Of a stretch of 64,000 nucleotides of DNA, positions 29,070 through 40,082 are shown in pieces. The DNA is from Pelagibacteraceae bacterium AG-325-C10 (GTDB lineage: Bacteria; Pseudomonadota; Alphaproteobacteria; Pelagibacterales; Pelagibacteraceae). The stretch covers positions 18,913 through 82,912 of the forward strand of contig QBYD01000002.1 of assembly GCA_003282975.1 (NCBI GenBank), written 5' to 3'. The translations under genes were made by a program, and so were the position numbers. The notes under the pieces are model-generated. The model did no database searches. It had not been told where the DNA came from and saw only the letters and a list, made by a program, of their open reading frames with translations. Positions within the stretch are counted from its first letter, which is position 1, and every line of letters starts with the position of its first letter.

Positions 29070-30509
29070 ATGTCTGACAAAATGCTTCAATTCGTAAAAA
29101 TAGGTCAACAAACTCCACCTAAAAGAGGAGTGGATAAGCGTAAAAACGATTTTGATGAAATATATGATGAATTTATTACCGAGAAAGCAAAAGAGCAATC
29201 TAGTAGATGCTCTCAGTGTGGAGTTCCTTTTTGCCAAGTTCATTGTCCTTTAAGCAATAATATTCCTGATTGGCTAAAATTGACGGCTGAGGGAAGGCTT
29301 AAGGAGGCATATGAACTATCTCAAAGCACAAATAATATGCCTGAAGTTTGTGGAAGAATTTGCCCACAAGACAGATTATGTGAAGGTAATTGTGTAATAG
29401 AACAATCAGGTCATGGAACTGTAACCATAGGTTCAATGGAGAAGTATATCACCGATAATGCTTGGGAAAAAGGATGGGTAAAACCTATAAATGTTTTAAA
29501 TGAAAAAAACCAAAGTGTTGGAATAATAGGTGCTGGACCAGCTGGATTAGCGGCAGCAGAACAATTAAGAAAAAATGGTTATAAAATTACAATTTATGAC
29601 CGATACGATAGAGCTGGTGGTTTATTAATTTATGGAATTCCTAATTTTAAATTAGAAAAAGAAGTTGTCGAAAGAAGAACTAAGCTTTTAAAAGATGGTG
29701 GAATAGAATTTGTTCAAAATTTCGAAGTTGGAAAAGATGCTACTTTAGAACAATTAAGAAAAAAACATGATGCTATATTAATAGCCACAGGTGTTTACAA
29801 AGCAAGAGAAGTTGAGCTTCCAGGAAATGACCTTAATAATATTTTTCCAGCAATGGATTTTTTAACCGCATCAAATAAAAAAGGTTTGGGTGATGAAGTA
29901 GAAATGTTTGATAAAGGTATTTTAAATGCTGAAGGTAAAGATGTAGTTGTTATCGGAGGTGGTGATACAGCTATGGACTGTGTAAGAACTTCAATTAGAC
30001 AAAAAGCAAAATCAGTTAAATGTTTATATAGAAGAGATAAAGAAAATATGCCTGGATCTGCTAGAGAGGTTGCAAATGCTGAAGAAGAAGGGGTTGAATT
30101 TGTTTGGTTATCAAGTCCAAAAGAATTTAAAGGAACAAATAAGGTTGAAAAATTATTAGTTGATCAAATTAAATTAGGTGAACCCGATGAAAGTGGAAGA
30201 AGACGACCAGAAGTTCAAGATGGTTCAGATTATGAAATTAAAGTTGATATGGTAATTAAAGCTTTGGGTTTTGATCCTGAAGATCTTCCAAAATTATTTG
30301 ATGCTAATGAATTACAAGTTACCAAATGGGGAACAATAAAAGCAGATTTTGATACAATGGAGACAAATTTAAAAGGTGTATTTGCTGCAGGTGATATTGT
30401 GAGAGGTGCATCACTAGTTGTTTGGGCAATTAAAGATGGGAGAGATGCAGCTTCAGCAATAAAAATTCATTTAGAAAATAATGAAATTAAAACTTCAAAA
30501 GTTGCTTAA
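29070..30509 (+). CDS. gltD: Glutamate synthase small subunit
   Basis: RCSQCGVPFCQVHCP, CGRICPQDRLCE, GAGPAG, GGGDTAMDC. Confidence 0.96.
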   Translation: MSDKMLQFVKIGQQTPPKRGVDKRKNDFDEIYDEFITEKAKEQSSRCSQCGVPFCQVHCPLSNNIPDWLKLTAEGRLKEAYELSQSTNNMPEVCGRICPQDRLCEGNCVIEQSGHGTVTIGSMEKYITDNAWEKGWVKPINVLNEKNQSVGIIGAGPAGLAAAEQLRKNGYKITIYDRYDRAGGLLIYGIPNFKLEKEVVERRTKLLKDGGIEFVQNFEVGKDATLEQLRKKHDAILIATGVYKAREVELPGNDLNNIFPAMDFLTASNKKGLGDEVEMFDKGILNAEGKDVVVIGGGDTAMDCVRTSIRQKAKSVKCLYRRDKENMPGSAREVANAEEEGVEFVWLSSPKEFKGTNKVEKLLVDQIKLGEPDESGRRRPEVQDGSDYEIKVDMVIKALGFDPEDLPKLFDANELQVTKWGTIKADFDTMETNLKGVFAAGDIVRGASLVVWAIKDGRDAASAIKIHLENNEIKTSKVA

Positions 30510-33500
30510 TGGAAAATTATAAAAAAAACTTAAAATTACTCGAAAACAATCATGTTTATTCAACAGAAATGGAGCATGATGCTTGTGGAGTGGGTGTTAT
30601 AGCTTCAACTGAAGGAAAAAAATCAAGGCAAATAGTTGAATATGGCATAGAGGCTCTTAAGGCTGTCTGGCATAGAGGAGCAGTAGATGCAGATGGAAAA
30701 ACTGGTGATGGTGCTGGAATACATGTTGAAATTCCAAAAGATTTTTTCATAGAAAAAATTGAGGTTACTGGACATGATTATGACAATGCTGAGATTTGTG
30801 TTGGAATGATTTTTCTACCAAGAAATGATTACGCAGCCCAAGAAAGCTGTAAAACAATTGTTGAAAGTGAGTTAACTAAAAACAATTTTAGTATTTATGG
30901 TTGGAGACAAGTACCAGTTAATTCAAAAGTTTTGGGCGATAAAGCTTTGCAGACTATGCCAGAAATTATCCAAGTTCTTTTTAAATCAAATGATAATAAT
31001 TTACTTGATAAAAAATTAGAAAGAAAAATTTATGAAACTAGAAAGCGAATTGAAAATAAAGCTTTCCAATTATCTTTAAATAATTTTTATGTTTGTTCTA
31101 TAAGCTCTAAGTCAATTATTTATAAAGGACTATATTTAGCTGAAGCAATCTCAGATTTTTATCTAGACTTAAAAGACGAAAGATTTGTTTCAAGATATGC
31201 AATATTTCATCAAAGGTTTTCTACTAACACAGCACCAAGTTGGAGTTTAGCACAACCGTTTAGAGCTATAGCTCATAATGGCGAAATAAATACTTATAAA
31301 GGCAATAAAAATTGGATGAAGGTTCATGAACAAGAAATGAGCAGTCCTCTTTTTGATAACGTAGAAAATTTAAAACCAGTTATACAAAAAGGTGTTTCAG
31401 ACTCAGCTGCACTTGATAATGTTTTTGAACTATTAAATAAATCTGGACAACCAGCTCCATTAGCTAAGCTAATGTTAGTGCCAGATGCCTGGTCAAAAAA
31501 AAATAAAACTCTACCTAAAAGTCACCAACAATTATTTAATTTTTTAAATAGTACAATGGAACCATGGGATGGACCTGCTGCTATCGCCGCCACAGATAAT
31601 GAATGGATTATAGCAGCTAACGACAGAAATGGATTAAGACCTCTTAGATATGCAATAACAAAAGACAAATTACTTTTTGCTGGATCTGAGACAGGAATGA
31701 TTGAGCTAAATGAAAAAAAGATATTAACTAAAGGAAGATTGGGACCTGGTGAAATTATAGGGGTTAGGATTGAAAAAGGAAAAGTTTTTTTCAATGATGA
31801 TATCAAAGATTATTTAGCAAAAGAGTTCAAACATTTTAATTCTCAAATTGTAGATTTAGATGAAAAATTACCAATTGCTAATGAGAAGAATAACTTTGAG
31901 GGCGAAGATCTTAGAAGAAGACAATATACATTTGGAATTAGTTTAGAGGATCTTGAATTGATATTGCATCCTATGGCTGAAGATGCAAAAGAAGCCATAG
32001 GTTCAATGGGTGATGATACTCCTCTTGCTGTGTTATCTGACAAATACAGACCTTTATATCATTTCTTTAGACAAAATTTTAGCCAAGTAACTAACCCACC
32101 AATCGATTCTCTCAGAGAGAATAAAGTCATGAGTTTGAAAACAAGATTTGGAAATTTAGGAAATATCTTAGATTTTGATACTCTTACAAAAGAGAATATA
32201 TATGTTTTAAATAGTCCTATCTTATCTAATTCACAATTTAATAAATTTATAAATTTTTTTGGAAAAAATTCAAAAATCTTAGATTGTACTTTTTCTAAAG
32301 AAGAGAATTTATCAGTTGCTCTAGAGAGAATCCAAAAAGAGTCAGAAATAGCTGTTAGACAAGGTGTAACGCAATTAATACTTAGTGATAAAAATTTATC
32401 TAATGAGAATTTACCCATACCAATGCTTTTAAGTGTTGGAGCAATTAATACTTATTTAATCACAAAAAAACTTAGAGGCTATGTTTCAATAAATGTTCAA
32501 TCTGGTGAGGCAATGGATACACATTCATTTGCAACGTTATTAGGTGTTGGTGCAACTACAGTTAATCCATATTTGGCTTTTGATAGCTTGTATCAAAGAC
32601 ACAGTAAGAAATTATTTGGTCAGTTCAGTTTTGATGACTGTGTTAAAAGGTATGTTAATTCAGTTAATGCTGGCCTTCTTAAAATAATGTCAAAAATGGG
32701 CATATCAGTATTAAGTTCATATAGAGGAGGGTGTAACTTTGAAACTGTAGGTTTAAGCAGAACAGTAGTTAATGAATATTTTCCAGGAATTATTTCTAAA
32801 ATTTCTGGGATAGGTTTAACAGGAATTGAAAAAAAAATTCGTGAAATACACAAAGAAGCATTTGATAGCACAGAAACTGTATTGCCAATTGGAGGAATTT
32901 ATAGATATAGGAAAAATGGTGAAACTCATCAATACCAAGGGAAATTAATACATTTATTACAAAGTGCTGTTGGATCAAATTCTTATGAAGCTTACAAAAG
33001 ATATGCTGAAGGTATTTATGATTTACCACCTATTAATTTGAGAGATTTAATTAATTTTAGAAAGAAAAAATTAGGGCCTTCGATTGACCTTTCTGAAGTA
33101 GAGCCAATTGACAAAATTCTTAAAAGATTTGGTAGTGGAAGTATGTCTCATGGTGCGCTGTCAAAAGAAGCTCATGAAACATTAGCAATTGGAATGAACA
33201 GAATTAAGGGAGCCTCATGCAGTGGTGAAGGTGGGGAAGATGAAAAAAGATTTAAAGTTTTAGATGGTGGAGATAGCGCTAACTCAAGAGTTAAACAAAT
33301 TGCTTCGGCAAGATTTGGTGTAACTATAAATTATTTAAATAATTGTAATGAAATTGAAATAAAGATAGCACAAGGTGCTAAACCTGGTGAAGGTGGTCAA
33401 TTACCTGGCTTTAAAGTAACTGAGGAAATTGCAAAATTAAGACACTCTACACCAGGAGTTACTCTTATTTCTCCACCACCTCATCACGATATTTATTCAA

Positions 33501-35014
33501 TAGAAGATTTAGCCCAATTAATTTATGACCTTAAGCAAATAAACCCTAAGGCTCGAATAGGTGTTAAGTTAGTTGCGTCTTCAGGTGTTGGAACTATTGC
33601 GGCAGGAGTAGCAAAAGCTGAGGCAGATATAATATTAATTTCAGGTCACAATGGTGGAACTGGAGCAACTCCACAAACTAGCGTAAAATATGTTGGTATT
33701 CCATGGGAAATGGGTCTTACTGAGGCTAATCAAGTACTAACTTTAAATAATCTTAGACACAAAGTTACTCTAAGAACAGACGGAGGAATCAAAACAGGAA
33801 GAGATGTTGTTATTGCTGCAATGATGGGTGCAGAAGAATATGGGGTAGCAACAACTGCTTTAGTTGCGATGGGATGTATAATGGTAAGACAATGTCATTC
33901 AAACACTTGCCCAGTAGGAGTTTGTACACAAGATGACAAGTTAAGAGAAAAGTTTACAGGTACACCAGATAAAATTGTTAATCTATTTACTTTTATTGCA
34001 TCGGAAGTTAGAGAAATTTTAGCTGAACTTGGCTTTAAATCTCTAAATGAAATTATTGGAAGAACAGATTTATTAATGCAAGTTAATAAAGCATCTCCAA
34101 ATTTAGATGATTTAGATTTAAACCCACTTTTTGTTCAAGCAGATCCGGGTAATAATAAAAGATATTGTGACAACTTTTCTATTAATAAAGTACCAGATAC
34201 ACTTGACCAAGCAATTTGGCCAGAGATCGAAAAATCTTTAGATAATTCAGAAAAAATACAAAAAGAATTTCTAATTAAAAATACTAATAGAGCTGTTGGT
34301 ACGAGGATTTCACATCATTTGTATATGAAGTATGGATATGAAAAATTAGAAGAAAATTTTTTAGAGTTAAAATTTAAAGGTTCAGCAGGTCAATCGTTTG
34401 GTGCTTTTACTTCAAAAGGTCTAAAACTTACACTTAAAGGTGATGCAAACGATTATGTTGGCAAAGGTCTGTCGGGTGCAACCATATCAATAAAACTTTC
34501 AGATGAAAGTAATTTAGTATCAAATGAAAATACAATAATAGGGAATACAGTTCTTTATGGAGCTACATCAGGTAAACTTTTTGCAGCAGGCCAAGCAGGA
34601 GATAGATTTGCTGTGAGAAATTCAGGAGCTACCGCCGTGGTAGAGGGATGTGATTCTAATGGTTGTGAATATATGACTGGAGGAACAGTTGTAATTTTAG
34701 GAGAAGTCGGAGATAATTTTGCAGCTGGTATGACAGGTGGAATGGCATTTATTTATGATAAAAATAAAGAATTTGAAAAAAAGGTTAATCCTGAGTCAGT
34801 CGTTTGGCAAAATTTAGAGACTGATTATTGGAAAAATTTTTTAAAAAGTTTAGTAATAGAGCACGTAAACGAAACAGGATCTGATTTATCAAAACAAATT
34901 ATTGAAAATTTTGATGAAGAATTAAATAACTTTGTTCAAGTTTGCCCTAAAGAAATGTTAGATAAATTAAGTAATCCGATCAGCTTAAAGTCAAATATCA
35001 AAGAAGTTAGTTAG
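30509..35014 (+). CDS. gltB: Glutamate synthase large subunit
   Basis: HDACGVG, HQRFSTNT, IAQGAKPGEGGQLP, CIMVRQCHSNTCP, GXGXG C-terminal domain. Confidence 0.97.
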   Translation: MENYKKNLKLLENNHVYSTEMEHDACGVGVIASTEGKKSRQIVEYGIEALKAVWHRGAVDADGKTGDGAGIHVEIPKDFFIEKIEVTGHDYDNAEICVGMIFLPRNDYAAQESCKTIVESELTKNNFSIYGWRQVPVNSKVLGDKALQTMPEIIQVLFKSNDNNLLDKKLERKIYETRKRIENKAFQLSLNNFYVCSISSKSIIYKGLYLAEAISDFYLDLKDERFVSRYAIFHQRFSTNTAPSWSLAQPFRAIAHNGEINTYKGNKNWMKVHEQEMSSPLFDNVENLKPVIQKGVSDSAALDNVFELLNKSGQPAPLAKLMLVPDAWSKKNKTLPKSHQQLFNFLNSTMEPWDGPAAIAATDNEWIIAANDRNGLRPLRYAITKDKLLFAGSETGMIELNEKKILTKGRLGPGEIIGVRIEKGKVFFNDDIKDYLAKEFKHFNSQIVDLDEKLPIANEKNNFEGEDLRRRQYTFGISLEDLELILHPMAEDAKEAIGSMGDDTPLAVLSDKYRPLYHFFRQNFSQVTNPPIDSLRENKVMSLKTRFGNLGNILDFDTLTKENIYVLNSPILSNSQFNKFINFFGKNSKILDCTFSKEENLSVALERIQKESEIAVRQGVTQLILSDKNLSNENLPIPMLLSVGAINTYLITKKLRGYVSINVQSGEAMDTHSFATLLGVGATTVNPYLAFDSLYQRHSKKLFGQFSFDDCVKRYVNSVNAGLLKIMSKMGISVLSSYRGGCNFETVGLSRTVVNEYFPGIISKISGIGLTGIEKKIREIHKEAFDSTETVLPIGGIYRYRKNGETHQYQGKLIHLLQSAVGSNSYEAYKRYAEGIYDLPPINLRDLINFRKKKLGPSIDLSEVEPIDKILKRFGSGSMSHGALSKEAHETLAIGMNRIKGASCSGEGGEDEKRFKVLDGGDSANSRVKQIASARFGVTINYLNNCNEIEIKIAQGAKPGEGGQLPGFKVTEEIAKLRHSTPGVTLISPPPHHDIYSIEDLAQLIYDLKQINPKARIGVKLVASSGVGTIAAGVAKAEADIILISGHNGGTGATPQTSVKYVGIPWEMGLTEANQVLTLNNLRHKVTLRTDGGIKTGRDVVIAAMMGAEEYGVATTALVAMGCIMVRQCHSNTCPVGVCTQDDKLREKFTGTPDKIVNLFTFIASEVREILAELGFKSLNEIIGRTDLLMQVNKASPNLDDLDLNPLFVQADPGNNKRYCDNFSINKVPDTLDQAIWPEIEKSLDNSEKIQKEFLIKNTNRAVGTRISHHLYMKYGYEKLEENFLELKFKGSAGQSFGAFTSKGLKLTLKGDANDYVGKGLSGATISIKLSDESNLVSNENTIIGNTVLYGATSGKLFAAGQAGDRFAVRNSGATAVVEGCDSNGCEYMTGGTVVILGEVGDNFAAGMTGGMAFIYDKNKEFEKKVNPESVVWQNLETDYWKNFLKSLVIEHVNETGSDLSKQIIENFDEELNNFVQVCPKEMLDKLSNPISLKSNIKEVS

Positions 35015-35754
35015 AAAAAAAAATCAAGCTCTCTTACTATTTTCTTTTGAAGTTTTTTACTGAATAGACTGTGATCTCCATTTTTAATTATTAATAATTT
35101 TTTTTCAGCATTATTAAATAACTTTAGCACTTTCCTAGATAAGGAAATAGGTACTGTAGTATCATTATTACCGTGTATCATAGTTACAGGAATTTCAAGA
35201 TTAATCTTTTTATTTAAGATTTTATTTTTTCTACCATCTTTAATTAATTGATAAGTTATTGGATATTCATAACCACCATGTTTTAAATTATAAACCCCTT
35301 TATTTTTGGTTTCCATTTTCATTTTTTTTGTAAATTTTTTCCACATTATTCGATCTAAAAATTCAGGAGCCGAACCAATGCCTAAAAAACCTTTAATTTG
35401 TTTTTGAAAAAATTTGAATTGATTAAGTGAAATCCATGATCCCATACTAGATCCTATTAAAATAAAATTATTTTTTTTTATAATCTTTTTGATTACAGTT
35501 TTTGTATCTGCGGTCCATTTACTAATATTTCCTTTAGTAAATTCCCCTGAAGATTTTCCATGTCCTGAATATTCAATGGCTAGAAAACCAAGTTTATTTT
35601 TTTTTGCATATTTTAGAAATACTTTTGGTTTTTCTCCTTCTAGATCAGACATAAAACCGTGAAGAAAAACTATATAGAGATTTTTCTCATAATAATTACA
35701 TAAATATCTAATTTTTTTTGTTTTTGAGATTTTGTAATATTTAAAATTAGTCAT
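35011..35754 (-). CDS. Alpha/beta hydrolase
   Basis: FLHGFMSD, YSGHGKS, GSSMG, GDHSL. Confidence 0.85.
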   Translation of the reverse strand: MTNFKYYKISKTKKIRYLCNYYEKNLYIVFLHGFMSDLEGEKPKVFLKYAKKNKLGFLAIEYSGHGKSSGEFTKGNISKWTADTKTVIKKIIKKNNFILIGSSMGSWISLNQFKFFQKQIKGFLGIGSAPEFLDRIMWKKFTKKMKMETKNKGVYNLKHGGYEYPITYQLIKDGRKNKILNKKINLEIPVTMIHGNNDTTVPISLSRKVLKLFNNAEKKLLIIKNGDHSLFSKKLQKKIVRELDFFF

Positions 35755-35795
35755 TATTATTTATATGTTTTCAGTATTAATATATAATAATTTTA

Positions 35796-36950
35796 ATGTC
35801 ATTGAATTTAAAAGTTTTACAAGTAATACCTAAATTAGGTTATGGCGGAGCTGAAACCGGATGTTATGACATAGCTCATTATTTACCTGAAAATAATTGT
35901 GAGTCTTTTATTGTTACTAGTGGGGGTGAGCTTTTAAAATTTATTGATAAAAAAAAAGTCAAAGTCATAAAATTGCCAGTTAATAGTAAAAATCCATTAT
36001 TAATACTATTTAACTCTTTAGCCTTAATCTGGATCATCTTATATAATAATATTTCAATCGTACATGCCAGAAGCAGAGCACCAGCATGGTCTTGTTATTT
36101 AGCAACTATTTTAACTGGTAGAAAATTTGTTACGACTTTTCATGGAACATATAATTTTGAAAGTAAATTAAAAAAATTTTATAATTCAGTAATGGTAAGA
36201 TCTGACTTAATAATTGCTGGATCTAACTTTATTTTCTCACATATAAAAGAAAATTATTCAAAATATTTTGATGTAAATAAAAGGCTTCGTGTAATTTTTA
36301 GGGGAATTAATGTTGATTATTTTGATCCAACTACAAAGCTAGAAAATGATGAAAAAAAATTATTAAAACAATGGGAAATTGAAAAAGATAAAAAAATAAT
36401 TTTATTACCTGGAAGACTTACTTCGTGGAAAGGTCAAGAACTTTTTATTGAAGCTATTAACTTAGTAAATATAGAACTTGGATATGAAGCTTTTTATGTA
36501 GTTATTCTTGGAAGTGACCAAGGTAGAGATCTATATAAAAAAAAACTTACTAGACTCACTGAGCAATTTAGAATGAATAATCAAGTAAGATTTATTGATC
36601 ACTGTAAAGATATGGCTCTTGCTTATAAAATCTCAGATATAATTGTATCAGCATCAACGGAACCAGAAGCTTTTGGTAGAGTTGCTGTTGAAGCTCAATC
36701 TATGGAAAAACCAATAATAGCAAGCAATATTGGTGGTTCAAATGAGACAGTAATTGATGAAAAGACTGGTTTTTTATTTGAGACAGGAAATGCAAAATCA
36801 CTAAGTCAAAAAATTTTAAAATTACTCTATTTAGATGAAACTTCTTTAAAATTAATTGGAACTGAGGGAAGAAAAAATATTATTCAAAAGTTTAATGTTG
36901 AAAAAATGTGCTTTTCTACTTATTCAGAGTATAAAAAAATAATAAATTAA
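35796..36950 (+). CDS. Glycosyltransferase family 4
   Basis: GGAE, HARSRAPAWS, PGRLTSWKG, EAFGRVAVEA. Confidence 0.9.
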   Translation: MSLNLKVLQVIPKLGYGGAETGCYDIAHYLPENNCESFIVTSGGELLKFIDKKKVKVIKLPVNSKNPLLILFNSLALIWIILYNNISIVHARSRAPAWSCYLATILTGRKFVTTFHGTYNFESKLKKFYNSVMVRSDLIIAGSNFIFSHIKENYSKYFDVNKRLRVIFRGINVDYFDPTTKLENDEKKLLKQWEIEKDKKIILLPGRLTSWKGQELFIEAINLVNIELGYEAFYVVILGSDQGRDLYKKKLTRLTEQFRMNNQVRFIDHCKDMALAYKISDIIVSASTEPEAFGRVAVEAQSMEKPIIASNIGGSNETVIDEKTGFLFETGNAKSLSQKILKLLYLDETSLKLIGTEGRKNIIQKFNVEKMCFSTYSEYKKIIN

Positions 36951-36954
36951 TTAA

Positions 36955-38874
36955 ATGCCAATAATTACATTACCAGATGGAAAAAATTTAACTTTTCCAA
37001 ATAAAGTTACGGGCATTGATGTTGCTGAAAAAATAAGTAAGTCATTAGCAAAACAAGCTCTTGTGATTAGTGTTGATGGTGAGCTTAAAGATTTATATTT
37101 TGAAATAGATAAAGATAGTTCTGTGAAAATTTTTACCTCAAAAGATCAAGAGGCATTGGAAGTGATAAGGCATGATACAGCACATATAATGGCTATGGCT
37201 GTTCAAGAATTATATCCAGATACTCAGGTTACAATTGGACCGGTAATTGAAAACGGTTTTTTTTATGATTTTGCCAGGAAAGAACCATTCACAACTGATG
37301 ATCTTGAAAAGATTGAGAAAAGAATGTCAGAAATTATAGATGAAGATGTTAAAACGAGGAGAGAAGTTTGGGAAAGAGAAAAAGCAATTAATCATTTCAA
37401 AAAAATTGGTGAAAAATATAAAGCTGAAATAATTGAAAGTATTCCAGTAAATGAGGAACTTTCTATTTATCATCATGGTGAAACTTGGCATGATTTATGC
37501 AGGGGTCCTCATTTAGTTTCTTCAGGAAAAATTGGTAAAGCTTTTAAACTAACAAAAGTTTCGGGCGCATATTGGAGAGGAGATTCTAAAAATGAAATGT
37601 TACAAAGAATATATGGAACTAGTTGGGCAAGCCAAAAAGAATTAGATGACTATTTGAAAAGAATTGAAGAAGCTGAAAAAAGAGATCATAGAAAACTTGG
37701 AAAAGAAATGGATTTGTTTCACTTTAGAGAAGAAAGTCCTGGCTCGGTATTTTGGCATGAAAAAGGGTGGGCTTTATTTCAAAAATTAATAAATTATATG
37801 AGAAGCAGGCAAGATGCTGCTGGTTATAGAGAGGTAAATACACCAGAAATATTAGATAGACAATTATGGGAAAAATCTGGTCATTGGGAAAAATATGGAG
37901 AAAATATGTATACTTCTGAAACACCAGATGAAAAAGTATTTGCAATTAAACCAATGAATTGCCCAGGTCATATTCAAGTATTTAATCAAGGATTAAAAAG
38001 CTACAGAGATTTACCAATACGAATAGCTGAATTTGGAAAAGTTCATCGTTACGAACCCTCTGGTGCTTTACATGGATTGCTTAGAGTAAGAGCATTTACA
38101 CAAGATGATGCTCATATATTTTGTTCTGAGGATCAAATTACAAGTGAGTGCTTAGAGGTAACTAATTTGATTTTAGATATTTATAAAGACCTTGGTTTTG
38201 AAAATGTAATATTAAAATATGCAGATAGACCTGAAGTAAGAGTAGGTGATGATGAGATTTGGGATAAAGCGGAAGCATCATTACTTGAGGCAGTTAAAAC
38301 CTCAAAACTTGAGTATAGTATTAATAAGGGTGAAGGTGCATTCTATGGACCCAAGATAGAATTTGTTTTAAGAGATGCAATTGGTAGAGATTGGCAGTGT
38401 GGAACTTTACAAGTCGATTTAAATTTACCAGGTAGATTAGATGCTTCTTATGTGGATAAAGATGGAACTAAAAAAGTTCCCGTCATGTTGCATAGAGCGT
38501 TATTTGGCTCTTTAGAAAGGTTTATAGGAATTTTAATTGAGAACTATGCAGGAAAATTTCCTTTTTGGATATCTCCTTTACAAACTATGGTAATACCTAT
38601 TTCAGAAGAATTTAACGACTACGCAGTTGAAGTGTCTAAAAAAATAAAAAAAGTAGGTATTAGTTCTGCAGTAGATTTAAAAAATAATAATTTAAACTAT
38701 AAAATTAGAGATCATTCTTTAGCAAAAATACCAGTTTTACTAATTTGTGGTAAAAAAGAAGTTGACTCCAATTCAGTAACGATTAGAAGATTAGACTCTA
38801 ATAAACAGGAAAATATGGACATAGACCAATTCTTAAAAACATTCTCTGCTTTAAACAAAGCATCTTCAAACTAA
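36955..38874 (+). CDS. thrS: Threonine--tRNA ligase
   Basis: TGS domain, DLCRGPH, RDHRKLG, KPMNCPGH, HRALFGSLERF. Confidence 0.97.
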   Translation: MPIITLPDGKNLTFPNKVTGIDVAEKISKSLAKQALVISVDGELKDLYFEIDKDSSVKIFTSKDQEALEVIRHDTAHIMAMAVQELYPDTQVTIGPVIENGFFYDFARKEPFTTDDLEKIEKRMSEIIDEDVKTRREVWEREKAINHFKKIGEKYKAEIIESIPVNEELSIYHHGETWHDLCRGPHLVSSGKIGKAFKLTKVSGAYWRGDSKNEMLQRIYGTSWASQKELDDYLKRIEEAEKRDHRKLGKEMDLFHFREESPGSVFWHEKGWALFQKLINYMRSRQDAAGYREVNTPEILDRQLWEKSGHWEKYGENMYTSETPDEKVFAIKPMNCPGHIQVFNQGLKSYRDLPIRIAEFGKVHRYEPSGALHGLLRVRAFTQDDAHIFCSEDQITSECLEVTNLILDIYKDLGFENVILKYADRPEVRVGDDEIWDKAEASLLEAVKTSKLEYSINKGEGAFYGPKIEFVLRDAIGRDWQCGTLQVDLNLPGRLDASYVDKDGTKKVPVMLHRALFGSLERFIGILIENYAGKFPFWISPLQTMVIPISEEFNDYAVEVSKKIKKVGISSAVDLKNNNLNYKIRDHSLAKIPVLLICGKKEVDSNSVTIRRLDSNKQENMDIDQFLKTFSALNKASSN

Positions 38875-39420
38875 GTGGCAGATTTTAAACAAAATTATTT
38901 TCAAAGAAGAACCAAAGATCGTGGACCAAGATCAAACAATAGGATTTCATCTCCAGATGTTCAGGTTATAGCGAGTGATGGTGAAAATCTTGGCGTAATG
39001 AACACAAATGAAGCTATCTCTATGGCGAAAAATCAAGGATTAGATTTAATCGAAATAGCTGCTAACGCTAATCCTCCAGTTTGTAAGATTATGGATATGG
39101 GTAAATATAAGTATGATGCCCAAAAAAAAGCAAATCTTGCAAAGAAGAAACAAAAAATTGTTTTATTAAAAGAAATTAAAATGAGACCTGTAACTGAAAC
39201 TCATGATTATGAATTTAAAGTAAAAAATGCAAAAAAATTTATAGCAAAAGGAGATAAAGTTAAATTTACAATCAGATTTAAAGGTCGAGAGCTTCAACAC
39301 TCGCATCTAGGAAATGAATTAATGGGCAAGATTAAAGAGGATATGAAAGACATTGGCAAGGTAGAATTGCATCCAAAGTTTGATGGTAAGCAAATGATCA
39401 TGGTTATTCAGCCTTTATAG
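38875..39420 (+). CDS. infC: Translation initiation factor IF-3 (GTG start directly after thrS stop)
   Basis: GLDLIEI, PPVCKIMD.GKYKY, KEIKMRP, GDKVK..IRFKGRE. Confidence 0.96.
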   Translation: MADFKQNYFQRRTKDRGPRSNNRISSPDVQVIASDGENLGVMNTNEAISMAKNQGLDLIEIAANANPPVCKIMDMGKYKYDAQKKANLAKKKQKIVLLKEIKMRPVTETHDYEFKVKNAKKFIAKGDKVKFTIRFKGRELQHSHLGNELMGKIKEDMKDIGKVELHPKFDGKQMIMVIQPL

Positions 39421-39433
39421 GCCTTAATATGGG

Positions 39434-39462
39434 TTGTAAATTTATATCAATCTTTGTATAAC
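39434..39462 (+). promoter_or_regulatory. Candidate sigma70 promoter for rpmI-rplT
   Basis: TTGTAA, 17-nt spacer, TATAAC; ends 11 nt before the rpmI ATG. Confidence 0.6.
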
Positions 39463-39473
39463 ACCGCAGAATT

Positions 39474-39680
39474 ATGCCAAAATTAAAAACAAAAAGCTCA
39501 GCAAAGAAAAGATTTAAAATATCTGCAAAAGGTAAAGTCATGACTGCCCAAGCTGGTAAAAGACATGGCATGATTAAAAGAACGAATTCTCAAATCAGAA
39601 AATTAAGAGGCACAACAACGATGTCAAAACAAGATGGAAAAATTGTTAAATCGTATATGCCTTACAGCTTAAGAGGTTAA
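39474..39680 (+). CDS. rpmI: 50S ribosomal protein L35
   Basis: [15 protein letters not shown]. Confidence 0.97.
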   Translation: MPKLKTKSSAKKRFKISAKGKVMTAQAGKRHGMIKRTNSQIRKLRGTTTMSKQDGKIVKSYMPYSLRG

Positions 39681-39682
39681 TA

Positions 39683-40039
39683 ATGGCAAGAGTTAAAAGA
39701 GGTGTCACAAGTAAAGCAAAACATAAAAAAGTTTTAAAAGCTGTAAAAGGTCAGTGGGGCAGAAGAAAAAACACTATTAGAGTTGCAAAACAAGCCATGG
39801 AAAAAGCTATGCAATATGCTTATCGAGATAGAAGAAATAAAAAAAGGGACTTTAAAGCATTATGGATCCAAAGGATTAATGCTGGAGTAAGAGCTGAGGG
39901 ATTAACTTATTCAAAGTTTATTAATGGACTCAGTAAATGTGGAGTAACTATCGATAGAAAAATATTAGCAGAAATAGCATACGATAGCCCAGAAGCCTTT
40001 AAAACTATTGTTCAAAAAGCTCAATCTGCTTTAAATTAA
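39683..40039 (+). CDS. rplT: 50S ribosomal protein L20
   Basis: [27 protein letters not shown]. Confidence 0.97.
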   Translation: MARVKRGVTSKAKHKKVLKAVKGQWGRRKNTIRVAKQAMEKAMQYAYRDRRNKKRDFKALWIQRINAGVRAEGLTYSKFINGLSKCGVTIDRKILAEIAYDSPEAFKTIVQKAQSALN

Positions 40040-40082
40040 TCTTCACTATTGTTTTTCGCCGGTGAAGAAATAATCTCTTAAA

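Noticed and set aside
30556-33029. Several 60-120 aa antisense ORFs within gltB (similar ones occur in aceE, aceF, lepA, cobST, aroB and dapE)
   Set aside because: Shadow ORFs fully inside well-supported genes, with no motifs or RBS
40040-40068. Hairpin between rplT and pheS as a pheM-like attenuator
   Set aside because: 8-bp stem with 13-nt loop, but no Phe-rich leader peptide and no U-tract; at most a processing or stability hairpin
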